The translations under genes and the position numbers were made by a program. Shown here piece after piece: positions 40,275 through 54,440 of a stretch of 64,000 bases of DNA. Numbering within the stretch: position 1 is the stretch's first letter; each line of letters begins with the position of its first letter. Below the pieces are notes generated by a model. That model did not search any database and was not told the DNA's origin. It saw only the letters and a list, made by a program, of their open reading frames with translations. Origin of the DNA: Phormidesmis sp. (GTDB lineage Bacteria; Cyanobacteriota; Cyanobacteriia; Leptolyngbyales; Leptolyngbyaceae); NCBI GenBank assembly GCA_965248535.1, contig CBDFJR010000002.1, positions 1,344,001 through 1,408,000 of the forward strand, read 5' to 3'.

Positions 40275-41345
40275 CTAAATAACTCCAACCGTTTTCCAAG
40301 CATTTTGCACCGCAACGTGTTCTTTACTATTTTTGCCGTAAAGTTCGGCGGCGATCGCGATCGTCACGTTAGCAGCCGTTTTGAAGGTGGCTCGGCGGCT
40401 CAGACGCTCGGTTAGCGCCACATACCAGATTTTCCCAGCTTTTTCCCAGGCGTGTCCTCCCATCTCGATCGCGGACAAACAAAAAGCTCGATTGGGAATG
40501 CCCGAATTAATGTGAACGCCGCCACTGTCTGCCGTGCCCGTGTATAGATTTTTGAAAACCGCAGGTTGAGGATCTTTTCCCAAAACTTTATCGTCGTAAG
40601 CCGTGCCGGGGGCCTTCATCGATCGCAGAGCCACCCCATTTACTTTGGCCGTAAACAGCCCTTGCCCGATCAGCCAATCTGCTTGGTCGGCAGTTTGGTT
40701 CAAAGATTTTTGCTTGATCAACGAGCCAAAGACATCCGAAAAAGATTCGTTAAGCGCCCCCGGCTGTCCCTTGTAGATCAGCGCGGCCTCACTTTGCGTG
40801 ACTCCGTGGGTTAGCTCGTGCCCAATCACGTCGATCGATTTCGTGAAGCGATCGAAGATTTCACCATCCCCGTCGCCATAAACCATCTGACTGCCATTCC
40901 AAAAGGCATTGTCATACTTACGATCGAAGTGAACTGTAGAATCGAGTCGCATCCCCAACCCGTCGATCGAGTTGCGCTGAAACACATCGTAATAAAAATC
41001 GTAGGTTGCGCCTGATCCGTCATAGGCTTCATCAACCGCGATATCGCCTGTGGGCGGGTCGCCTTCTCCCCGAACTAGCGTCCCTGGTAAGTCGGTGGCA
41101 TTTTTGGCGTTGTAGATGGTGCGGCGCTTAGTTCCGGCGGGGGCCATAAATCGAGTGGCTCCGATCGCCTCCCGTCGTCCTCGAAATTGCTCCGATGCTC
41201 TCAGCGTTTCTAAAGCCCACTCGCGCTGAGTTTGGCTGCCGCTCAGAATAATATGATCAGTCATGTAGGGAGGCAAAATGCAGCAAATGGGACAGATATG
41301 AGACCCTTGGTGCTTGCCTGATAACCGTTTAGCTGTCGTTCTCAT
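40275..41345 (-). CDS. M4 family metalloprotease, protealysin-like
   Basis: Short propeptide with CILPPYM, no signal peptide; NAFWNG, HELTHG, GALNESFSD and GGVHINSG motifs. Confidence 0.93.
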   Translation of the reverse strand: MRTTAKRLSGKHQGSHICPICCILPPYMTDHIILSGSQTQREWALETLRASEQFRGRREAIGATRFMAPAGTKRRTIYNAKNATDLPGTLVRGEGDPPTGDIAVDEAYDGSGATYDFYYDVFQRNSIDGLGMRLDSTVHFDRKYDNAFWNGSQMVYGDGDGEIFDRFTKSIDVIGHELTHGVTQSEAALIYKGQPGALNESFSDVFGSLIKQKSLNQTADQADWLIGQGLFTAKVNGVALRSMKAPGTAYDDKVLGKDPQPAVFKNLYTGTADSGGVHINSGIPNRAFCLSAIEMGGHAWEKAGKIWYVALTERLSRRATFKTAANVTIAIAAELYGKNSKEHVAVQNAWKTVGVI

Positions 41346-41667
41346 GGCTTTAAATTGCTCCTAGTTTTGAAAATGAGAGACTGACTTCTAGCGCCGAATT
41401 CTGATGTTTTGTTACAAAACTTATATTTGTTCTCAGATAATTTCCCTCTTACTTTTATGATATTTAACAGACCTGACAAATTGGTTCTACACACTTTTTA
41501 ATAATTCAGTGTTTGAACCCGAAACGTTTTAATCTAAAAGTAAGCGTGGTTGACCCTGGATAACGTTGTATTCATGTGGTTCATTACTTCAACAGAATGT
41601 GTGTTCTAGAAGTAACGAGGCTGATTGACGGAGACAGGTGACACTCTGGTCAGATTTAACACAGTAA

Positions 41668-45099
<3,432 letters not shown>

Positions 45100-45158
45100 T
45101 CAACCCTTGAGCGAGTCAACAAGGGGCAGGGCTGCCCGTCCCTAAGCCAACTGTGATT

Positions 45159-45199
45159 AAAGAGGTCTCGATCGAGGTGATAGCGATCGAGACCTTTTT
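45159..45199. terminator. terminator hairpin after apcE
   Basis: AAAGAGGTCTCGATCG...CGATCGAGACCTTTTT. Confidence 0.7.
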
Positions 45200-45226
45200 G
45201 TTGACCCATCAGAGTCAACAAGCGCC

Positions 45227-45505
45227 TCACCAGCCATCGGTTTCAGACTCGTTCCAGACTTCTAGATCTAACTCTGCCAAATAGGTCAGGGCATTTTCAA
45301 TCTGAGCTTGACTTCCTTGAAGGTTGAGGTCAAACCAGCCGTCGCCATTGGCGTTGGCTCCCAAAATAGCGGCGGTGATGTTGACGGTGAGCGAATAGTC
45401 AGAGATGAGATGAGAAATCACGGGTTCTTGATGATAGTGCTTGGGAATGCGGATGCGGATGCGCTTTTGCGTCGATCGCGTGTCTGGATTAGTGAGGGTT
45501 TGCAT
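45227..45505 (-). CDS. NIL domain protein
   Basis: RIRIPK.YHQEPVIS.LIS.Y.L.VNI.AA.L...GDGWFDL.L.G. Confidence 0.85.
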   Translation of the reverse strand: MQTLTNPDTRSTQKRIRIRIPKHYHQEPVISHLISDYSLTVNITAAILGANANGDGWFDLNLQGSQAQIENALTYLAELDLEVWNESETDGW

Positions 45506-45591
45506 GATGGCTTATTTTAATCTACAGATTGTCAGTCGGAATACTGTACTTAATAGACCCTATCTTAGCGAGAAACGTTTTTAAACGCAAG

Positions 45592-45627
45592 TAGCGCCCT
45601 GCTCCACCTCGGTGGAGCAGGGCGCTA
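45592..45627. terminator. perfect 17-bp inverted repeat downstream of ispG
   Basis: TAGCGCCCTGCTCCACC-TC-GGTGGAGCAGGGCGCTA. Confidence 0.65.
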
Positions 45628-45667
45628 TTTTGGACTTGTGGTTTAGCAGAATCTTGGCAATCTTTGA

Positions 45668-46891
45668 TTAGGGGTCGATCCAGCGATCGTCGCCCTTGAT
45701 CAAATTAATCAACTCTTGCACCCCATCCGCTTCAGGCACTTTTTTAATCTCGTCTCGACCGCGATAGAGAGAAATCAGCCCGGCTTGTTTGCCAACATAG
45801 CCATAGTCAGCGTCAGCCATCTCACCGGGGCCGTTGACAATGCAGCCCATGACCGCAATGTTTAGCCCCGTCAGATGCTGGGTTGCGTTTCTGACTTGAT
45901 GCAAGACTTCTTCTAGATTAAAGAGCGTCCGGCCACAAGAAGGGCAGGCCACATACTCTACCATCGTTCTTCGCAGACCCAGCGCTTGCAAAATGCCATA
46001 GCAAACCGGAATCTCTTTTTCAGGAGCCTCAGTCAGAGAGACGCGAATGGTGTCGCCAATGCCTTCAGCTAAAAGGGTGCCAATACCTGCGGTGGACTTG
46101 ATGCGCCCATATTCACCGTCTCCGGCCTCAGTCACGCCTAAATGCAGGGGATAGTCCATGCCTAGCTCATTCATGCGCTTGACCATCAGACGGTTTGCAG
46201 CCAGCATGACGGGCACCCTAGAGGCTTTGAGCGAGAGTTCAATATGGTAGAAGTTGAGCGATTCACAAATGCGAATAAACTCTAGCGCCGACTCGACCAT
46301 GCCTTCAGGGGTGTCGCCGTAGGTAAACAACATTCGCTCTGAGAGGGAGCCGTGATTGACCCCGATCCGCATTGATTTGTTCTGGTCACGCAGCGACACA
46401 ACCAAAGGCTCTAGAGTTTCGTAGATTTTGTCACCGATCTCTTTAAATTCTGCGGGGGTGTATTCGGTGCGATCGCTCTTGGGCTTTTCAAACACATAGA
46501 GGCCAGGATTGATCCGCACGTTATCGACATAGTTCGCCACTTCTAGGGCGATTTTCATGCCGTTGTGGTGCACATCGGCGACCAGAGGCACGGGCTGATA
46601 GGTTTTGTGGAGGCGATCACGAATCTCTTCCATCGCTTTGGCGTGGGCCATGCTCGGCACCGTCACGCGGACAATCTCGCAGCCGATTTCGTGCAGTCGT
46701 TGAATCGCCGCGACCGATCCCGCAATGTCTAACGTGTCTTCGTTGATCATTGACTGAACCGCAACCGGATGACTGCCTCCGATCGTAATGCTGCCCACCG
46801 GAACGGGGCGGGTCTTGCGACGATGAATGGTGGAGTCTGTAGATAGCTCACTGGAAATCGGAGCAGGAACGAGGCTGGGCAAGGTTTGCAT
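45668..46891 (-). CDS. ispG: HMBPP synthase (GcpE)
   Basis: [33 protein letters not shown] and [10 protein letters not shown] motifs. Confidence 0.97.
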   Translation of the reverse strand: MQTLPSLVPAPISSELSTDSTIHRRKTRPVPVGSITIGGSHPVAVQSMINEDTLDIAGSVAAIQRLHEIGCEIVRVTVPSMAHAKAMEEIRDRLHKTYQPVPLVADVHHNGMKIALEVANYVDNVRINPGLYVFEKPKSDRTEYTPAEFKEIGDKIYETLEPLVVSLRDQNKSMRIGVNHGSLSERMLFTYGDTPEGMVESALEFIRICESLNFYHIELSLKASRVPVMLAANRLMVKRMNELGMDYPLHLGVTEAGDGEYGRIKSTAGIGTLLAEGIGDTIRVSLTEAPEKEIPVCYGILQALGLRRTMVEYVACPSCGRTLFNLEEVLHQVRNATQHLTGLNIAVMGCIVNGPGEMADADYGYVGKQAGLISLYRGRDEIKKVPEADGVQELINLIKGDDRWIDP

Positions 46892-47029
46892 ACGGCTGTT
46901 ATTAAGGCTCGACAGCAGGAAAACAGGGTGAATAGTCTCTCTGTCTCTCAGATTGCCACAGATGGAGCCGTTTTGCCTGATTTGTAGCGCACAGCGCAGC
47001 AGAAAATGCATCGCTTTAACTATCGAGAA

Positions 47030-47224
47030 CTATCGGGCCGACACACAGCACCGCGATTCTTGCTTGACTGAGCCAGACATCGCAGCCGTTTGCAGGGTCA
47101 TAAATGCCCGCAGATCTTCTTGGTCGTATTTGGCTGACAGAAGCTGTCTCAGTTGATCTTCAGCCTCGATCGTCAAGAAGCCAGTCGTCAGAGCTTGTTG
47201 AACCACTTCACGAATTAATGCCAT
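47030..47224 (-). CDS. small conserved cyanobacterial hypothetical protein
   Basis: IREVVQQAL.TG.LT.EAE.QLRQLL...AFM.LQ.AAM.G.VKQESR. Confidence 0.75.
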   Translation of the reverse strand: MALIREVVQQALTTGFLTIEAEDQLRQLLSAKYDQEDLRAFMTLQTAAMSGSVKQESRCCVSAR

Positions 47225-47815
47225 AAGAATGCCCCAGCACAGATTGAGAGAAAACAACCGCCGTCGGTCTTGTAAGTCTTATAGTTAGCAACTTGAATAG
47301 TTATGCAGATTAGCCCACTTTTCACTTGACTTAGTTTTTAGCTAAATGAGCCATTCTGGTTTTGAATTTAAGCAACAGATTGCTATAAAAAGGGTTGAAG
47401 CAGTTGACCGAAAACAGACTTCTGATCTGCACCTTTCGCACCTGCCCTAAGAACGCGACGGAGATCAAACTTAAAAAGTTCCTGTCCTTTTTTAAGAAGC
47501 GGCACCTTATAGTCAGCAAAGGTTTCAGAGAATCAAGCGGTGTGTATCTTTAGTGACATGATCTAGAGATTTCGTGCTGATACCTAGGTCTGTCTGCCGG
47601 GCAACCCGATCGGGCATTCGTTAACTAGCTCAGAATCTCAGTGATCAAGTTGCGCGTTATGGATGAACTGGCCCAACTAAAACTGTCGTAACCGTCACAT
47701 TTTTTTAGCTTGACAAACGCATTGTCTGGTTCTTTTTTTAAGCAAGAATACCAGCTTTTAGATCCGAGGTTGCCCTCCATCAAAACCTGCCCAAGCTCAA
47801 AAAAAATTGATTAGC

Positions 47816-48652
47816 TTAGGGAAGTTCTAGGGCGATCGAGCCTAAAACTCCCTTGCGAAAATCGTTGAGAATCTGACGCGCCGATCGCTCCACATCGCCT
47901 TTATATTTCCGCTCTGCCAGAGCTTGCAGATAGCTCTCCCCGGTCAACTCTGCCGCATCGACTTGATATCGAGAGGCTAAGGCCCGATCGTAGTGCAACT
48001 GTTTAAGCAGATCGACCAGCGATGCCGCAACGCGCTGATTGTCATAGGCGGCTTCACCAATGTCATCACAAATCGCCAGCTTGATCGCCGCTTCTTGATC
48101 ATTGAGCTTGTTGGGCAACACGCCAGGGGCATCTAACAACTCAATCTGATCTGAGATTCTCACCCATCTCAGTTGCCGCGTCACCCCCGCCCGCCGAGAG
48201 CTATCCACCACTCGCCGATTAAGCAAGCGATTGATCAGCGCCGACTTGCCCACGTTAGGAAAGCCAATCACCACGGCTCGAATCGGCCGAGGCAACATGT
48301 CGCGATCGCGCCGTCGAGCATTGACCTGGGCCCCCGCTTCTTGCACGGCCTGAGCCACCGCTGCAATGCCCTTGCCGTGTTGAGCGTCGGTAAAATTGGG
48401 TTCTTGCCCCTGCGATCGAAACCACTGCGTCCACTGCTGACGAGTTTGGGCTGAGATCATATCTGTGCGATTGAGCACCAACACTTGTCCTCTCGTGCCG
48501 ATCCACTGATCGACCTGCGGGTGATGGGTTGAGCTTGGAATTCGAGCATCCCGCACTTCTAACACCACATCCACTCGCTTAAGCTGCTCAAAGAGCGCTC
48601 TTTCTGCTTTGGCAATGTGACCGGGATACCACTGAATGGGGGGAGAAGACAT
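47816..48652 (-). CDS. rbgA: ribosome biogenesis GTPase RbgA/YlqF
   Basis: IQWYPGH, EVRDAR, GFPNVGKS, GVTR and LLDAPG motifs. Confidence 0.95.
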   Translation of the reverse strand: MSSPPIQWYPGHIAKAERALFEQLKRVDVVLEVRDARIPSSTHHPQVDQWIGTRGQVLVLNRTDMISAQTRQQWTQWFRSQGQEPNFTDAQHGKGIAAVAQAVQEAGAQVNARRRDRDMLPRPIRAVVIGFPNVGKSALINRLLNRRVVDSSRRAGVTRQLRWVRISDQIELLDAPGVLPNKLNDQEAAIKLAICDDIGEAAYDNQRVAASLVDLLKQLHYDRALASRYQVDAAELTGESYLQALAERKYKGDVERSARQILNDFRKGVLGSIALELP

Positions 48653-48733
48653 GGGGAAGAGCAATGAGGTGAAGTTTAATCGGATGGCAAACCTCTATCT
48701 TAGAGACTTATGAACCCCTCACCCCTCAGCTTT

Positions 48734-49138
48734 TTAAGGAATGACTAAGACTGGGCACGGCGATAGGCTGATGACGCGAGTCGTCACACTTTCAGAGGTG
48801 CCTTCGTGGGTGAGTCCCAATCCTCGGCTGCCCATGACGATCAGATCAGCCCCCACGTCATCAGCCACATCACAAATTGTGAACGCAGGTTTGCCTGTTC
48901 GCTCTAGGGCTTCGGCTTGAATGCCTTGTTGAGAAAATAACGTTTGGGCATTTTTCAGCAACTCAGCGACTGCCTGGGGTGACTCCATCGCATCTGCCGA
49001 CGGGTCAACTGCGGGCGGCTCGACCACCGAGAGAATAATCAAACGGCTCTGGTGAGTTTTGACCAGCGTGGCCACGGTTTCGGCTGCTTGCCACGATTCT
49101 CGACTTTGGTCAACGGGGAATAAAACAGTCTTGAACAT
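48734..49138 (-). CDS. universal stress protein
   Basis: FKTVLFPVD; ADLIVMGSRG; SVT.RVI...PCPVLVI. Confidence 0.92.
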   Translation of the reverse strand: MFKTVLFPVDQSRESWQAAETVATLVKTHQSRLIILSVVEPPAVDPSADAMESPQAVAELLKNAQTLFSQQGIQAEALERTGKPAFTICDVADDVGADLIVMGSRGLGLTHEGTSESVTTRVISLSPCPVLVIP

Positions 49139-49334
49139 AAAATCTTATTTCAACTAAACAGACTTCAGTGCGGGGCTAGGAAGCAAGCATTTGAGACCTT
49201 CTTTGTCTTTAATTTTGACGCTAATTGGCCCCCTGCTTCTGAACTTAGCGCATTAGTCCAGATTCGCGATCGACATCACGACACTTTCAGGGAAAATGAA
49301 GACGGGTAGAAGACTCATTCAGGAGACTGGTTCT

Positions 49335-50537
49335 GTGTCCAAGAAGACTGTAAACGATTTATCATCCTCAGATTTACAAGGCAAGCGAGTTTTAGTTCGG
49401 GCTGATTTTAACGTTCCGGTAGACGATCAAGGCAAGATTACCGACGATACTCGCATTCGTGCCGCGCTGCCGACCATTCAAAATTTAACGGCTAAAGGGG
49501 CAAAGGTGATTTTGTGCAGCCACTTTGGTCGCCCCAAAGGAGTCACTGATAAATTGCGTCTTACCCCCGTGGCAGCGCGCCTCTCTGAAGTGCTGGGTCA
49601 GCCTGTGGTTAAGTGTGATGACTGCATTGGCGATGAAGTGGCTGCCAAAGTCGGGGCCATGCAAAACGGCGACGTGATCCTGCTCGAAAACGTTCGATTC
49701 TACCCAGAAGAAGAAAAGAACGATCCAGAGTTTGCAAAGAAGTTGGCCGCGATCGCGGATCTCTACGTCAACGATGCCTTTGGCACGGCTCACCGCGCTC
49801 ACGCCTCAACCGAAGGGGTGACTCACTACCTCAAGCCCTCTGTAGCGGGGTTGCTTGTTGAGAAAGAATTGCAGTATTTGCAAAACGCGATCGAGCATCC
49901 TCAGCGCCCGTTAGCGGCGATCGTCGGTGGCTCAAAAGTCTCCAGCAAAATTGGCGTGATCGAAACCCTGCTGGATAAAGTCGATTATCTGCTCATGGGC
50001 GGCGGCATGATCTTCACGTTTTATAAGGCTCGTGGGCTAAACGTGGGCAAGTCGCTGGTCGAAGAAGACAAGCTAGAACTGGCCAAAATGCTAGAAGCCA
50101 AAGCCAAAGAGCGCGGCGTTGCTCTGCTGCTGCCGACGGATGTTGTTGTGGCTGACAACTTCTCTCCTGATGCCAACGCTCAAACCGTCAGCATTGAGAA
50201 TATCCCCGATGGCTGGATGGGCTTAGACATCGGCCCTGACTCGATCAAAGTCTTCCAAGATGCTTTGAGTCAGTGCAAAAGCGTGATCTGGAACGGCCCA
50301 ATGGGCGTATTTGAGTTTGATAAATTTGCCGCCGGAACGGAAGCGATCGCCCACACCTTGGCCGAGCTAACTCCCAAAGGCACGACGACGATCATCGGCG
50401 GCGGTGACTCAGTAGCAGCCGTTGAAAAAGTGGGACTGGCTAGCCAGATGAGTCACATCTCGACAGGCGGTGGCGCAAGTTTAGAACTGCTAGAAGGCAA
50501 AGAACTGCCAGGAATTGCGGCTCTAGACGAAGCGTAG
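49335..50537 (+). CDS. pgk: phosphoglycerate kinase
   Basis: [24 protein letters not shown] and [11 protein letters not shown] motifs; GTG start with AGGAG RBS. Confidence 0.98.
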   Translation: MSKKTVNDLSSSDLQGKRVLVRADFNVPVDDQGKITDDTRIRAALPTIQNLTAKGAKVILCSHFGRPKGVTDKLRLTPVAARLSEVLGQPVVKCDDCIGDEVAAKVGAMQNGDVILLENVRFYPEEEKNDPEFAKKLAAIADLYVNDAFGTAHRAHASTEGVTHYLKPSVAGLLVEKELQYLQNAIEHPQRPLAAIVGGSKVSSKIGVIETLLDKVDYLLMGGGMIFTFYKARGLNVGKSLVEEDKLELAKMLEAKAKERGVALLLPTDVVVADNFSPDANAQTVSIENIPDGWMGLDIGPDSIKVFQDALSQCKSVIWNGPMGVFEFDKFAAGTEAIAHTLAELTPKGTTTIIGGGDSVAAVEKVGLASQMSHISTGGGASLELLEGKELPGIAALDEA

Positions 50538-50542
50538 CCATT

Positions 50543-50592
50543 AAATCTCCGACTTCTTCAAACCTCCGAATTCTTGAAGACTTCGGAGGTTT
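50543..50592. repeat. palindromic short dispersed repeat (copy 3, preceded by a half copy)
   Basis: AAATCTCCGACTTCTTC followed by AAACCTCCGAATTCTTGAAGACTTCGGAGGTTT, between convergent genes. Confidence 0.7.
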
Positions 50593-50607
50593 GGGTTTTC
50601 GAGAGTC

Positions 50608-51255
50608 TCATAGCTGACCTGAGATTTCCTGGCAGGTGTTGCCATCTTTAGAGTCAGAGTTTTGAGGAGAGATCAATTCGTTTCGCTGCAAAATCTGGTT
50701 ATCAAACCCAAACACTCGAATGTCACAAATGCCCGTTGCCCCCGGAGCAACTAGGGCAAATAACCCATCCGGGCTTTCATCACGAAGACTTTTGCCATTG
50801 TTAAACGTGACTTCTATCGCCGAAACTTGAGGCGAGAGCACCTGACCATAGACGATGGTTTGACGATTAGTGCCTTTGCCGATCGTGTGGCCAACTCCAT
50901 AGTCAATTAAAGAGGCGGGTGTGGTTTTAGACGGTGCCATCACAAAATAGCTGCTGGTGCCACTGAGTCGCCATTCCATTCCAGTTTGCTTCATTACCCG
51001 ATAGCTCAAAACGGGTTGATCTGAGCTTTGTTTATCGGCGGTGAGACAGTTTCCTCGATAGATCGCCAAAATTCCCTTTGACCATTTGCGAGTGGTCAAC
51101 ACCTGCACGTTTCTGGCCTCAACTTCAGGCTGCCCTGGGCAGGAAAACGAGCGGCGAAGGGCTTCATCGGGAGTGGCGGCGACGAGAGCAACGGCCCAGC
51201 CTGCTGTCGTCAAACCTAAACCAATCATCAGACTCATTACCAATCGTCGGCTCAT
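50608..51255 (-). CDS. hypothetical exported protein
   Basis: Signal-like N-terminus; 'VYGQVLSPQVSAIEVTF.NG'; four Cys residues. Confidence 0.65.
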   Translation of the reverse strand: MSRRLVMSLMIGLGLTTAGWAVALVAATPDEALRRSFSCPGQPEVEARNVQVLTTRKWSKGILAIYRGNCLTADKQSSDQPVLSYRVMKQTGMEWRLSGTSSYFVMAPSKTTPASLIDYGVGHTIGKGTNRQTIVYGQVLSPQVSAIEVTFNNGKSLRDESPDGLFALVAPGATGICDIRVFGFDNQILQRNELISPQNSDSKDGNTCQEISGQL

Positions 51256-51374
51256 GGTCGATCGTGCCCTGTGCTCGTGGAGTGAACAATCTATCAACGA
51301 ATCCGCCAACTCTGGGGAAATAGAGAAGCTCTTAACTTCCCACCCGTCATGCAGAACTCGGCTTAAGGCTAACT

Positions 51375-52349
51375 TTAAGGATTTGAGAAGGTGTTGATCT
51401 GGCCGCCGCCCAGAACTCGACCCGGAATCGGCCGCGGAGCCGTGAAGGGTGCATCGGAGGGAAAACTCTGGGGCGGTTGCAGCGCTGGCCCTACGGGCAC
51501 CGGATTTAAACTTGGCGAATTGTTTAAGGCTGGCGATGCGATCGCTGGCGGTTGGGTTGAAAGAGGAGACAGGAGCACGATCGGCACTGTTCCACTAGCC
51601 GGAAGCGGCTGTGTGCCTTCGACCAGACCCGTATAAGAATTGGGATAGGAAGTCGCTGTCGGTGCGGTTGCGCCAAAGCTGCCCGCAGTCGGGCTGTAGC
51701 TGGGAGTAGCGGGCACGATCGCCGAAAAGCTGGCAGGAGTCTGAACCGCCCGATTAGTAAAAGAGATCGCCAAATCGCCCCCAGAAACGCCGTTGTCGCT
51801 CAAAGCAGGTTGCGGATTTTCTGTAGGCGCTCCAGCGTTAGGAAACCCCAGTAGAGGAGTAGGACTTGGCGGCTGAGTTGAGTTTGATTCTGCGATCGGG
51901 GCGGTGCCTGTCAAACCAGCGTCAGGCAGTCCGAGCTTCTGCATGGTTGCCGAAAAGACACTGCCATTAGAAGGCTGAGACGCGATCGGGGTCAAACCAG
52001 CGATGGGAATCTGCGGCAGCGTCTTTAAATTCGTCGCGGCGGGCACCGATCCAGAGGGATCAACCTGTCTATAAGCCGAGTTAGCCGACAGTCCAATGTC
52101 GTTAAACAGCAGGGGCAACGTGTCAATATCTGCCCCGATCGCCCGATCTTCTGGCGACAGCCCACTGGCATCATCCGAGCTAGGGGCAACCCCCAAATAG
52201 CTGACCCATTCGGGGCGCATCCAATATTGCCAAGTGAACAAAATCACGAACATGAGCGCGATCGACGGCCCCCAAAAAATGGGTTGCGTCAAAGGCCGCA
52301 GCCTAGCCAGCAAATAGCGAGCAGCGACAGAAGAGGGTTGGCGGCGCAT
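51375..52349 (-). CDS. hypothetical membrane-anchored Pro/Ser-rich protein
   Basis: One TM helix; EDRAIGADID.L; C-terminal GGGQINTFSNP. Confidence 0.7.
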   Translation of the reverse strand: MRRQPSSVAARYLLARLRPLTQPIFWGPSIALMFVILFTWQYWMRPEWVSYLGVAPSSDDASGLSPEDRAIGADIDTLPLLFNDIGLSANSAYRQVDPSGSVPAATNLKTLPQIPIAGLTPIASQPSNGSVFSATMQKLGLPDAGLTGTAPIAESNSTQPPSPTPLLGFPNAGAPTENPQPALSDNGVSGGDLAISFTNRAVQTPASFSAIVPATPSYSPTAGSFGATAPTATSYPNSYTGLVEGTQPLPASGTVPIVLLSPLSTQPPAIASPALNNSPSLNPVPVGPALQPPQSFPSDAPFTAPRPIPGRVLGGGQINTFSNP

Positions 52350-52454
52350 GGTCAAAAGACTGTAGAGAACCGAGACTATCCCTGATAAATGGAATTGTAG
52401 ACGATCGCCCTCGCGGTAGACATCAGCGATCGGACAGATCCCCACAAAGACCGT

Positions 52455-53639
52455 TTATCGCGCCGCCCGAACGAGTAAAAATCCGCCTGCAATCAGCCCC
52501 AAAACGGTTGGCAACCAGGCTGCGACATAAGGAGACAAGATTTCTAAAAGCCCCAGAGAATCGCAGATAAACGACAGGAGATAATAGGTGAAAATAATCA
52601 CAATGCTAACGGCAAAACTTGCGCCTCTGCCGCCACGCTGGGGGCGAGTTCCCAGGGTTGCTCCCGTCAACCCAAACACCAAACACACAAACGGAAACGC
52701 AAGCTTTTGCTGAATTCGCAGCCGCACTTTACGCGCTTCTTTTTGATCACCACTCTGAGTCACAATGTTGAGCGAGTCGCGCAGTTCGGCAATGTTCATC
52801 TCGGCTGAGTCTTGCTTGCGATTGGCTAGATCGAGGGGCGTGCGCGGCAATTCTAGCTTTTGCCGCACAAACTTGACAATGTTGCGATAAGACCCATCAG
52901 GGGCGACCACATAAATGGTGCCGTTAAAGAAATCCCAGGTGGTGTCTTTGGGGTTCCAGACCGCCGACTCTGAAGCGACGATTTGATTTAGCCCTCCCTG
53001 AGAAAAATCGAGAACCGTCAAGCCTTTCATTTGCCGCCCATCAAACTGCCGCGCATAAAAAATTCGTTCTAGGGTCTGGTCGCTAGAGCCATCTGACTGC
53101 TTGCCGTTGCTAAACTGCGTCACCAGAATATTTTTTTCTCGAAAGGTTGGCTTGTCTTCTTTAAGCGCCGAGTCGAGGGTGCGGGCGGCCCGATAGGTGG
53201 CAGCGGGGACGATCGCTTCATTAAACCCAAACGTGATCCCCGTCACCATCAGACTCAGCACGATCGCGGGCAAAATCAGTCGATAGACGCTGATCCCCGC
53301 ACTGCGGAGGGCAATCAACTCGCTGTCGGTGGAGAGACGACTGTAGACCAGCAGCGCCGCTAACAGCATCGACATGGGCAACGCCAGGCTCACAAAATAA
53401 GGCAGTTGCAAGAAAAAAACCTGGATCGCGATCGAGAACGGCAACCCCGACTGGGTAACTTTGCGAATCAAGTCAAACAGCGTCCCCACCGAAGCCACCA
53501 CCGACGAAAACGCGGCCACCCCAAATAAAAGCGGTGGAATCAGTTGAGTCAAGACATACCGATCCATCACCGACAAGAAAGAGAGGCGGCTGACAGGTCG
53601 AAACGAAGGCTGAGGCGGCTGAGAAAACCCGGAGGACAT
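52455..53639 (-). CDS. LPS export permease LptF/LptG (Ycf84-like)
   Basis: MDRY, RLS.DSELIALRSAG.S, multiple TM helices and AAWLP; follows lptB. Confidence 0.9.
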   Translation of the reverse strand: MSSGFSQPPQPSFRPVSRLSFLSVMDRYVLTQLIPPLLFGVAAFSSVVASVGTLFDLIRKVTQSGLPFSIAIQVFFLQLPYFVSLALPMSMLLAALLVYSRLSTDSELIALRSAGISVYRLILPAIVLSLMVTGITFGFNEAIVPAATYRAARTLDSALKEDKPTFREKNILVTQFSNGKQSDGSSDQTLERIFYARQFDGRQMKGLTVLDFSQGGLNQIVASESAVWNPKDTTWDFFNGTIYVVAPDGSYRNIVKFVRQKLELPRTPLDLANRKQDSAEMNIAELRDSLNIVTQSGDQKEARKVRLRIQQKLAFPFVCLVFGLTGATLGTRPQRGGRGASFAVSIVIIFTYYLLSFICDSLGLLEILSPYVAAWLPTVLGLIAGGFLLVRAAR

Positions 53640-53667
53640 GGGAAAAAAGAGTGATGGGCTACGAAAA

Positions 53668-54396
53668 TCAACGCTGGAAGTTATCTCCCAGATAATATTG
53701 TCGGACGAGAGGATTTGCATAGAGTTCTTCGGCGTTGCCCGACGCAAGAATCTGCCCATCGCGCATGATGTAGGCCCGATCGGTGATGGCCAGCGTTTCT
53801 CGCACATTGTGATCGGTGATCAGAATGCCGATTTGACGATCGCGCAGTTGAGCCACAATGTCCTGAATCTCAGCCACCGCGATCGGGTCAACGCCTGCAA
53901 ACGGCTCGTCTAGAAGCAAAAATTTGGGGCCGCTCACCCCCGACGCAAGGGCCCGCGCCAACTCTGTGCGCCGCCGCTCTCCCCCAGACACCTGCACTCC
54001 TAGGGTAGAAGCCACCTTCTCTAATCGAAACTCTTTGAGCAGACCACTCAAGCGATCGTTCCACTGCCAGCGCGGAACATTGGTTTGCTCTAGGACGAGT
54101 AAAATGTTTTCTTGAACTGTGAGATATCGAAAAATGCTCGGCTCTTGGGCCAGATAACCAATGCCTAAGGTCGCTCGTTGGTTGATCGGCAGGGCAGTGA
54201 CTTCACGATCGTCGAGCCAGACCTTGCCGCTATCGGGTTTTTCTAAGCCCGTCGCAATATAAAACGTCGTCGTCTTGCCAGCCCCGTTAGGGCCCAGCAG
54301 CCCCACCACCTCGCCTTGAGCCACAGAAAGACTGACCCGATTCACCACCGATCGCGCCCCATAGGACTTATGAATATTTTCTAATACAATCCTCAA
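53668..54396 (-). CDS. lptB: LPS export ATPase LptB
   Basis: GPNGAGKTT, YLAQEPSIF, SGGERRR, DEPFAGVDP and ITDHNVRETL motifs; TTG start after GAGGAG. Confidence 0.95.
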   Translation of the reverse strand: MRIVLENIHKSYGARSVVNRVSLSVAQGEVVGLLGPNGAGKTTTFYIATGLEKPDSGKVWLDDREVTALPINQRATLGIGYLAQEPSIFRYLTVQENILLVLEQTNVPRWQWNDRLSGLLKEFRLEKVASTLGVQVSGGERRRTELARALASGVSGPKFLLLDEPFAGVDPIAVAEIQDIVAQLRDRQIGILITDHNVRETLAITDRAYIMRDGQILASGNAEELYANPLVRQYYLGDNFQR

Positions 54397-54440
54397 TAAC
54401 CTGCTCCTCAAACTAGCCAAAGGGGAATCGAGTCAGGCAG

